DNA of 64,000 nt, taken from NCBI RefSeq assembly GCF_009914755.1, contig NC_060944.1. The stretch is one strand, 5' to 3'. The notes beneath the pieces are model-generated. The model was not told where the DNA came from, searched no databases, and saw nothing but the letters and a program-made list of their open reading frames with translations. Made by a program: the position numbers and the translations under genes. Source of the stretch: the human T2T-CHM13v2.0 reference genome, Homo sapiens. Numbering within the stretch: the stretch's first letter is position 1; the number at the start of each line of letters is the position of its first letter. Shown here in pieces: positions 34,991-46,100 of the stretch.

Positions 34991-36321
34991 AACGTGAGAC
35001 ATGAATTTTAACAGGGTCAAGGAGGAAAACTGGGAGGAGGAGAAGTTGCCATGCAGGAGGGAGAGAAGATGCTCGGGTGAACTAGGCTTTGAGGAGGTGG
35101 AAGGGAGGGGACTGAGGACTTGGAGGGCTTGTGGAGAGGGAGGATGGGGAAGTAGGCCTTTTCAAAACCCAACTTTGGCTAAAGGATCACCTGCTGGTTA
35201 CTGAATGAAGCAGCTACTTCTGTTCCATTTTCTTGGGGAGTCATGCTGAGGCATCTCTAGGAGCTTCTCTCACTCCTAGAATCTTCCAGTGTTTCCTGGA
35301 GCCTGGTCTCTGCCTCTATGCCTCCCACTGCCTGCTGGTTCTCTAGCTGGAGGCAGCTGGACTCAGGCAGCCGCAGGATGTCCCAGCAGCACACATTGGG
35401 AGAGGGGGATTCAGAGAGAGCTGCTTCACAACTTCTCTTTGGGCTATACCCTTGACACAGGCCAAATCCTTCTGTCCCCGTCACAGGTACAGATACTTTC
35501 TATCTTCAGGTATTCCAAATGATCTTCCATGATTAAGGTTGCTTCTGAAACACAATGGTCTCCCTGGACCTCCGAGCTAATCTGCCTATTTCCAGTGTCA
35601 GTTCCACCAAACTGTTCCCCCTCTGCTGCCTGTGATTGTTCTCATACCTGTTTAAAACCCTGTCATAATTCACCTTGCAGTATCTCCACCAGAACTGGGA
35701 GGGCCTCTCCCACCTGCCCAGCCTACATTGGTTATATCTTCACTTTTACCCTCTGCTCCATCCTGACCAAAGCTATGGCTCTGCATATATTGCCTCTCTT
35801 CTTGCAATATCTTTTCTTCTCTTCCACGGGCTAGCAACCCCTCATCTTTCAAGAATAGTGTCCAACTAGAAACCTTTCCTAATATTGCCCCCACCACCAC
35901 TGGTGAGTTGGATGTGCTCCTTTACTCAAGAGTTCCCACAGCAACTGGTGGCTGGCCTCCTCTTCCCTATTATTCCTTATACCTTAGTGTTACAGCTGGA
36001 GAATACCTCTGTCTCATTATCAGACTAGGCACTCTTCCAAAATGAGGATTAGGTCTTATAAATAGCTGTATCTCTAGGGCTTAGTATAGGACCTACCAAC
36101 CTCAAATAGGTAAGTAGTACCTATTTGCCTTCATTCCTCAGGGAATACTGGTTGAATGAATAAATGTCCTCATTTAGGATGTATTCTGGCAGGAAGACAA
36201 TGGAGATGCAAGTGGACTACTTTTCTTGCCCCAAGCCACATGGCCAGGATCCTACATCTTTGTTGCTTGACTGCCTCTCATTTCATAATTCAAGAGTTGC
36301 CAGCTTTCTTATTGATACTGA

Positions 36322-36650
<329 letters not shown>

Positions 36651-37117
36651 TCAACTGTTGCTGAGCTGTTTCATTCTAGGAGGCAAAGAGCTTTTCTGGT
36701 TGTTCCTGAGATCACCAGCCTGAATCTCCTTTCTTGAGCACCCAGCAGTTTCTTTTCCAAGGGTATCGGAATCTTGAAAGGGCAGCAGATTCTTAGGCAT
36801 GGGCGGGGAGAGCTGCTAGAAGACATCACTGTCAAAGAATTGGCAAAGTCAAGAATGTGCCAGCATCCAAGGGTCAAAACGTCAGGTGGGACATCCTGTT
36901 CCACAGCATGATAGCCCCAGAGGGGGTGCCAAAAGGATGACAAAAGCCTTGTGAGTGCCCAGGAATCAAGTAGAGATTAGGACCAACCCATCAGAGTGCA
37001 ATTAAGCAAAAGGGGGAATCAATTTAAAGGTGCCAGAACAGGAACCATGCAACCAGGCTTCAGGAGAAAGTAGGAACGAGGGTCCTGAACTTCATTCATC
37101 AGGGTCCTCTCTCTCTC

Positions 37118-37385
37118 TTTTTTAAGACAAGGTGACACTCTGTCACCCAGGCTGGAGTGCAGTGGCACGATCTTGGCTCATTGCTGCCTCAGCCTCTCAG
37201 GTGTTCCTCACCTCAGCCTCCCTAGTAGCTGAGACTGCAGGCACACACCACTATGCCCAGCTAATTTTTGTTTGTAGAGACAGCATTTTGCCATGTTGCA
37301 TAGGCTGACTTCAAACTCCTAGGCTCAAATGATCCAGCCGCCTCAGGCTCCCAAAGTGTTAGGCTTACAGGTGTGAGCCATCTGG
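37118..37385 (-). mobile_element. Alu (J family)
   Basis: Diverged antisense dimer. Confidence 0.85.
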
Positions 37386-37893
37386 CGGGAGGGACTTCTA
37401 TCTCTTATCTCTTCTCTTCCTCCACCCACTTTCTCCTATATCCTCCCCCACTTCCAGGTTTCTCTGGCCCTTCCAACAGCAAGTATCGCCAGGAGCAGCT
37501 CCCTAATCTACATACTACAGATCTATCCACAAGAAGACAGATGGAACCACTCTTTTCTTCTGAATTCTAGAACCTTAAGGAAGTTAACCTGAGTGGCTCA
37601 GCTTGGATCAAGTGCCCATCCTGGTCCAAACAACTGTAGCAGCACATCTGTGTATTTGTGTATCTTGTTCCTCCATAATCTTGCAGTCCGGGGAAAGTGT
37701 GCAGATGGATGGGTCCCTGAAAAGCAAGAGTTGTTTAGACAACGCTAGAGGTGTTCAGTTCTGGGAGACAAGAGTTGGGCCAGGTTGATAACTAGCCTAA
37801 GAGAGTCGGAATCAGATGAATAAGAACTAGATCTTGGGTGACAACCTAGATCAAGAGTCTTGAGGTTCAGTCATTTCAAAAAGCTCAAGTCTC

Positions 37894-38584
<691 letters not shown>

Positions 38585-39348
38585 GGGTTTGCCTACATTT
38601 TGGAGATGCTGCACACCATGTCCCTCTTTTCAAGAGTCACGTAAGTATTTACATATGGAAGACCCTGAGAAGGCACCTGGGAAAAAACCTGTTTAACTGT
38701 AAATATAATAATGTATGTATTTGTATGTGGAGCTCTTCTTTTAGTGGATTATCTATAAACCGTCCACTGTTCCCAATGCATACTTTGGAGACAGACCTAC
38801 ACTACCAGTTTTCACCTGCTAGTTATTTTTATAAGGGTTGGGATGGTCCATGAGTGAACAGTCTTGATTTAAAGCAGTGTTTCCCAAACCTCATTTATTT
38901 GCCTATAGCCTTCCTGGAGTTTGTCTTATATGTCCGCTCTGTGCACTATTCCTATATGTTTTTATGTAAATCAATCACTTTTTTAAAAAGCCTCATCCCA
39001 GTTATATCCTTAAAACAATGGTTATTTTTTCTCATACACATCGAAATACATATCTATTAGAATTAAAATGCTTGTCCATGCACTATCAATAATCTCCTCA
39101 AGTACCATATGGTGGGGACATGTGTTTGAAGTGTTAGGAGTCAGGAGTGGTCTCTGTAAGACAGAGTAAGTCAGTCAACCTCTGAGCACTGCCAGCCACA
39201 CATGCTGGCAGAGAAGTTCAGCCTGTGACAAGACTGCCCGGATATTTCCATGTCTGTGCACGGGGATGTCCTCGGTCTGCCATTGTGAAGTCTGTGCTGT
39301 TTTCATGCCTACCTAGTCTTCTTTGGAGGGGCCTGGAAAGCAAATGCA

Positions 39349-39747
<399 letters not shown>

Positions 39748-40198
39748 TCACTGCAGCAAGCAGATGCCTCATCTTCTGGCCAGGGATTGATCCTGAGATG
39801 GGAAGAGTATGAGAAGAGACACCAACAGCAAGGCAAAACTGGCTCTGGCAGCTTGCTTCAGAGAAAGAGTATAGCTTTGGAGTCAGGCCGACCTGAGTAT
39901 GAATCCAAGACTCAGCACTTACTAGGTGCCTGCCCTCAAACCATTATTTTTTGATAGTCATTACATACCCACAATGATCACCATGGAGTGGATGAGGAAA
40001 CAGGGACTCAGAGAAGTTAAACAACTTGCCTGATATCACACAGGTAACAAACAGCAGAGCAGAATTCAAACCTAAGTTGATTTGACTTCCAAATGTGTGC
40101 TCCTAACCAAAGCAGGGTAACCTGCTTTGATTTGCCCATTTCTTGAGCACCTCTTCTGTAGGAGGGCCTGTTGCTGGGTGCTGGGAATTCAGTGGTAG

Positions 40199-40643
<445 letters not shown>

Positions 40644-41089
40644 TATAAGGCACCCTTGGTCAGCCAGTGGAAGCAGGGTCAGTAGTGCGCCGGAGAGTCA
40701 CTTTGAAAAAGTGATATTTAGGTTGATCTTGAAGCATTCACAAGATGTGGTAAACACATCTAATGGTAAACATGTGATGGTAAACATTAGATGTGATAAA
40801 GATACTGATGGTCCACTGGATGAACAGTTTTCATATTTACTTCCAAATGATTTCATAGATATTATTTCACAGATAACACTTAGGATGAAGGTAAATAAAA
40901 AGGAGATCAATTAAAATATGAAATAATAATAGTGAAAGTGGTAATAGATGTGGCAATATCCACAAAGGAGTAATGGTTAGATTAGCATATTGAGAAGATC
41001 ACTTTGGCAATTGTTGGAATGCAGTTTACGAGAGGGCCAAGAATGGAAGCAGCAATCCCTGTTAGAAGTGTAGTGTTTTGGAGTGCGGT

Positions 41090-41387
41090 GTTTTTTGTTG
41101 GTTTGTTTTTTGTTTTTTTTAAACCAGGTCTCACTCTGTTGCCCAGGCTGGAGTGCAGTGCAGCCTCGACCTCCTCCTCGGGCTCAGGTGATCCTCCCAC
41201 CTCAGCCTCCCGAGTAGCCGGGACTACAGGCACATGCCACCACACCCCGCCAGTTTTTGTATTTTTTTGTAGAGTCAGGGTTCTGCCATGTTGCCCAGGC
41301 TGGTCTTGAACTCCTGGGTTCAAGTGATCTGCCAGCCTCGGCCTCCCAAAGTGCTAAGATTACAAGTGTGAGACACCACCCCCAGCC
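41090..41387 (-). mobile_element. Alu (J family)
   Basis: Diverged antisense dimer. Confidence 0.9.
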
Positions 41388-42190
41388 AGCGCATTGTATT
41401 AATCCAAGCAGGAGAACGCAGACTTCAAAGGCTTATGGGCAGCAGAGAGAAGTAGATGAAGCAAAGAGATGCAATCAGCGGGACTAGTGGGAAATGAGGG
41501 AAAGGAAGGTGTCAGGATGGGGCTTTTTCTAGCTGAGTGGAGTTCAGTTCATTCCCAGAGAAGCTTGAGAGGTATCCAACTATAGATGCAAGGTAGCTGG
41601 CTGTTGGTCCCTTGTCTTTAGGACAGTTTGACTTTTGTAATACAGGCGACCTCACAGAGCTATTGTGAGAATTCAGAGCTGGGCACAGAATAGATGCTCT
41701 ATAAACGGTAGTTCTATTCCCCATTTGCCCCGTCCTCCCAGCATGCCAGGGATACAGGGGCGGATAGAGACAGGTTCAGTTCCCTTTGGTCTCTTGCATT
41801 CCCCCTTCCCTCAGCACAATTCCTGGGCTCATAGCGGATGCTCAATAAGTATTTGTAGAATGAACCAAAGAAATCAGACCCTTGGTGACCCAGGGCTACA
41901 TGTACTCGGCGGAAAACTGGGGTTAAACCGGACCCTTGGTTGGTTGAAAAATTAAAATAATTTTTAAAAAGTGGGCGTGAAATAATCCAGAAGTTGGAGG
42001 GCCTGGACAAAGGCTGGGGAGGGGACTCCTCCCACCAGGCGGCCTCAGGGTCGGCTTAGCAAGAAAGGAGGCGCTGGGGAGACCTCTGGGGTCCCAGCTG
42101 CCAAGGTACTCGCCGCTCCAAGGAGATGCGGACGCCGGATACCAGCTCTGCCCAAGATTGCTGGGTCCCGCCGCGGCCTTTAAAGGCCCA

Positions 42191-42198
42191 CCACGTGG
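42191..42198. promoter_or_regulatory. E-box CCACGTGG (MYC/MAX/USF type)
   Basis: Exact CACGTG at 42192-42197 within the promoter CpG island. Confidence 0.6.
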
Positions 42199-42343
42199 CT
42201 GCGCGGCCAGCCCTGGTCCGGAGGCGGTGCCCGGGTGGCGCCTGCGCACTGCCTAGCAGAGGGGCTGGGGTTCCGAGAAAAAGCGTCTGGAGAGGAAGGG
42301 GAGGCTGCTTGGGGTGGGACGCCGTGGGAGGAGTCGGCTCCTT

Positions 42344-42351
42344 ATGCAAAT
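42344..42351 (+). promoter_or_regulatory. Octamer motif ATGCAAAT (POU2F1/Oct-1)
   Basis: Perfect octamer, with a second 7/8 copy ATGCAAAG at 42390-42397. Confidence 0.6.
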
Positions 42352-42374
42352 CACAGCGGAGCGCGCACGGTCCG

Positions 42375-42432
42375 GAGGCGGGGCTTGCGATGCAAAGACA
42401 GGTCCGTCTGGCGAACAGCGAGGGGGCGGGCC
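42375..42432 (+). promoter_or_regulatory. Two GC boxes (Sp1/KLF)
   Basis: GAGGCGGGGC at 42375-42384 and GGGGGCGGGCC at 42422-42432. Confidence 0.65.
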
Positions 42433-42460
42433 GCAACCCTCTGCCTCTTTCCGCGAGCGC

Positions 42461-42468
42461 TGACGTCG
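42461..42468 (+). promoter_or_regulatory. CRE-like element TGACGTCG
   Basis: 7/8 match to TGACGTCA about 50 bp upstream of the presumed TSS. Confidence 0.6.
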
Positions 42469-42492
42469 CCGACGTGTTGTTTAAAAGCGGCC

Positions 42493-42503
42493 GCGCAGGC
42501 GCA
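42493..42503 (+). promoter_or_regulatory. NRF1-like motif GCGCAGGCGCA
   Basis: Matches the YGCGCANGCGCR consensus. An inverted copy GCGCCTGCGCA lies at 42238-42248. Confidence 0.5.
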
Positions 42504-42510
42504 GTGAGCC

Positions 42511-42756
42511 CAAATGCGAACTTAGGCTGTTACACAACTGCTGGGGTCTGTTCTCGCCGCCCGCCCGGCAGTCAGGCAGCGTCGCCGCCGTGGTAGCAGC
42601 CTCAGCCGTTTCTGGAGTCTCGGGCCCACAGTCACCGCCGCTTACCTGCGCCTCCTCGAGCCTCCGGAGTCCCCGTCCGCCCGCACAGGCCGGTTCGCCG
42701 TCTGCGTCTCCCCCACGCCGCCTCGCCTGCCGCCGCGCTCGTCCCTCCGGGCCGAC
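42511..42756 (+). other. TOP1: TOP1 exon 1 5'UTR (approximate TSS at CAAATGCGAAC)
   Basis: GC-rich 246-nt leader matching my recollection of the TOP1 mRNA 5' end. The exact TSS cannot be proven from sequence. Confidence 0.75.
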
Positions 42757-42789
42757 ATGAGTGGGGACCACCTCCACAACGATTCCCAG
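42757..42789 (+). CDS. TOP1: DNA topoisomerase I, coding part of exon 1 (MSGDHLHNDSQ)
   Basis: GCCGACATGAGTGGGGACCACCTCCACAACGATTCCCAG translates to MSGDHLHNDSQ, the human TOP1 N-terminus. It is followed by donor CAG|GTACGG (phase 0). Confidence 0.98.
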
Positions 42790-43119
42790 GTACGGCCCGG
42801 CCTGACCCTGGCGGCCCCGGACCCCGGCCTGGCCGTCCCGCGACCCCCGGCGCAGGCCCCGACCCCAGCCCCGGCCCGGCAGCTTTGACAGGCCGGAGCC
42901 CCCGGTGAGGGGCCGCCTGCCGGAGTAGATCGGCTCGCTAGGCCGCGAGCGAGGGCCGCGAAGTTACAGTTCGAGGCAGGGATGGCTGCCCTCTGTGGCC
43001 ACCCCCGGGTCCCCGTCCTCCCCGGGGGCGCAGGGTGAGCCAGACCCCGGCCGCGCGCGCTCGCCGCCGGAGGGGTTAAAGTGGCTGTTGTTTGATATTC
43101 TCTCCTTTTCTTTTTCCAG
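42790..43119 (+). other. TOP1: TOP1 intron 1 (330 nt, GT..AG)
   Basis: GT at 42790 and AG at 43118-43119 between the two in-frame coding exons. Confidence 0.95.
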
Positions 43120-43144
43120 ATCGAAGCGGATTTCCGATTGAATG
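43120..43144 (+). CDS. TOP1: DNA topoisomerase I exon 2 (25 nt; IEADFRLN plus first base of next codon)
   Basis: Acceptor TTCTCTCCTTTTCTTTTTCCAG|ATCGAAGCGGATTTCCGATTGAATG|GTGAGT continues MSGDHLHNDSQ-IEADFRLN-D in frame. Confidence 0.97.
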
Positions 43145-46100
43145 GTGAGTGTGCCCCCTGCGCCGACTCCGGGGCCCCCCAGCCGCCGGCCGCCTCCCCC
43201 GCGCCCTGCCGGTGCCGGGCAGAGGACAGACATGGCGTCCCAGAGACTAAGTCCCGGCTCCTCGCTCACCGGCCCCATTGTTCCCATCGGGCCGCCTCTT
43301 GACCCCCTTTCCGGGGACCCCAGCTCCTCCAGATCCCGGCCCTCCCAAGAGGGGACAACGGAGACCCCGTGTCGTCCGCCACCGGGCCTCGGGCGGTCTT
43401 TCCGGGCCGGGATTCCTCCCGGGAAAGTCGCCTTGTCGACGGTCGGGACTTAGTCTCTGCGCCATTTTCTTTTTCTCTCTCCTCTCCTTTCTGTGCCTGT
43501 GTCTCTTTCTCTCCCTCCCTCGGCTCTTTCCTTGAGCTGCCCAGAATGAGCTTTCTGCAGAGCAAAGCCGTATAAATCACATACTTCACCAGAGAGGGAA
43601 GGCTGGGGGACTGAATTATTATTTTTTAAACTTTATTTTGGGGGTTATTCCCTTTATGCTTCATGTTTGTTTCCTTTTCTGCTTCCAGAATGAAAGATTT
43701 CCTTAAGCAACTGTTAATTTTTTTTTTGATAGGCTGTTTATGATAGGAATTATGGCTCTAAAACTAAAGCCACGCTTTGTGGAGTTCTTTATATTTCCAG
43801 GTTGTTTTTCCCAAGTTACGTTCTTTGCAAAGGTAGCAGTACCTCCCTAAAGAAAGTTTGCAAGTTCTCTGTGGGTCACCCAATGTAAATGTTGGATTTT
43901 TAAAAAATTATGTTAGTCACTGGAACTTTTCATTGTGGTCGAGGTTCCCAATGCAGTGTTTTTCTGGAAACGCAGTTTAGTGTACTTGTTGGAAGGAAAG
44001 ATTGTTGAGCATCTCTTGTGGACCTGGTGTGTTGGCCTTTTCGTTTGGGTTGTAAGGAGGAAAAAAAGATTTTATTTATTGAAGCAAAGAGTGTCCAGTA
44101 CCCACCCCTGCTTCCTGTTCATTCTTTTTCACGAGCCACTGTTTTTCAGGAATCAAGAACTGGCTTTTTTTTTTTTTCCCAATTCTTTATGTTTTTGAAC
44201 CCTTTTCAGCCAAATCAAGGCATTTATTCTTACTGTATTTCCACTTCAGTTACCCAGGGAAGAGTCCTCCAATAAAAAGCTCATCCTTGCAGGCTTTCGA
44301 ACAACCCTGTTGAAGGAGAAGTTACCTTCTGTAGTGTGCTGGGAATTCCCACTGATTTTGATGGTACATAATCCTGCTCAATTGAGTTTGGGTTCCGGGA
44401 ACCTCTCCAATGGGAGAAGTTGATGAGTAGGTTTTCTAATGTTGTAATCAGCAGTCCATCATGTTAGCCTGCTCTACTGAGAGCAACCTTATGTTCAGAG
44501 TTTGAAGTGGGGCATCCAGCAGGAGATGGTACTCAGCCAGGAGAGAATCTGGTTTAAAGTATGGCATTTCTTGAGCACCAGATATGTGCCAACCACTGTG
44601 CTTGGTGCTAGAGCTGATCCTGTAACCATAACACTCCCTTGCTCTCAATTCAGTCTATTGGGGGAGACATAATTAGTTAATTATAAGGTAACTACTGGGG
44701 CATATGTGTACCCAAAATGCTTTGAAGTATAGGGGAGTTAATTTTGTCTGAGGGTGGGGAAATTTCTCAGAGGAGGTGACTTCTGAGCTGGGGGTTGTGG
44801 AAGACTGGGCGCAGAGAATTGTCAGGGGTTGGAGTGTTTCTTAAGTACGTTTAACCAACCTATCACGATTTTAAAAGAGGGAGGAGGTGAGGCCTGCAGT
44901 TTAGAAAGCCACAGTATAGACATGTTTCTTTGGGATACAGGAGCAAAGAAAGGATGTGCAGGTGAGGATGTAAGAAGTCCTTTTGACCTTGCTAGAGGAA
45001 GGTGGGATCTTTAATATGGAATGTGTTCTTTTGGCTGTCAGGCTGGGCTGAGTAGGTAATGTAAGTAATGAAACAAAGTTTAGCCCTTTCTTGTGAGAAA
45101 GTTAACTTACATGGTTCTCACCTAAGTCACGTGAATGATTGTGAGCTGGCTAGGTTATTGATCTTTACTGACATTTTTATAGAGGCTGAAGTAATCTGCG
45201 TATGTTGACTTTTAGAATGTGTTGGCTCACATTTAATAGCAATAATAGCTAATATTTATTGAATACTTACTGCCAGGCATGAATCTCAGCTCTTTCCATG
45301 GATCATCTAATTAAATGTAATCCTTGGAAGGACCCTTGTGAGTTAGGTCCTGTTATTTCTGTTTTGTAGATGAGGAAACTGAGGCTTCAGTGTATTTACT
45401 AGCTTGCCCAAGGGCTGTGAGTTGGCCACTCTAAATCCCATGAGCTGAGCCACTATGCTAGAGTGATACTATATGATACTAGCATGAAAAAATAAAAAGC
45501 CACAAATCTCTATTTTCTTACAGAGCTGAAAAAGGAGAGAAGGAAGGATTTGATAATTTGTCATTTGCTTTTTATCTAAACATGCTTTTTGAAGAGAATC
45601 TGCCACCATAAAGTTCTGACATTGGTGTAATTATTCTTTGTGAATATTGTCTGGAAGATGTGGTGTTGGTAACTATGCTTGCTATCTCAAGTAATACATT
45701 GTTAACCAGTGATTGATTTATGTAACTATGAAAAAAACTTTAAAAAAAGTAGAAATCAATGTTTAATTATGCCCAGACATGTCATTATTGAACTTTGTAT
45801 TAAGAGATTGTTTAAGCGTGATTTTAAGAGGGCCTAACCCATCTTACAGATTAACTGTACAAGTTCATATATTAAAATCAAACGTCTCTCATTTTGCCTG
45901 CCCTCATCCCCTAAGATATAAAAGATTCCCCCCCGTCCCCCCACTTTGGAGCTCATTCTTCGCAATATTTAAAATTGTAGCTCTTTGCATGTAATTTAGA
46001 ACATTCTGACCCATACTCAACTGCTGGGAGACTCTGTTATTTATATTTAAAATGTTGACAGTGAGTTAGGAATTTGGAGCAGAAACCATATCTAAGTCTA

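Larger units (their letters stand above)
42030..43460. promoter_or_regulatory. TOP1: CpG island / TOP1 promoter
   Basis: Sharp rise in GC and CpG content, including a NotI site GCGGCCGC at 42487, spanning the promoter and exons 1-2. Confidence 0.93.

Noticed and set aside
37780-37893. Possible snRNA promoter (PSE/DSE) for the U2 copy
   Set aside because: No recognisable PSE upstream, and the TSD abuts U2 position 1, showing retroposition without a promoter. The octamer at 42344 belongs to the TOP1 promoter.
42032-42044. CTCF-like CCACCAGGCGGCC
   Set aside because: Imperfect core match in GC-rich sequence that cannot be supported without ChIP data.
42790-43119. Intron 1 length (330) is a multiple of 3, suggesting in-frame retention
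   Set aside because: An in-frame TGA at 42886-42888 would truncate the protein at 43 aa.
41923-43589. Overlapping Pro/Gly/Arg-rich ORFs around the promoter, including 43142 MVSVPPAP...
   Set aside because: Expected from stop-codon scarcity in a CpG island. The 43142 ATG straddles the exon 2 donor region.
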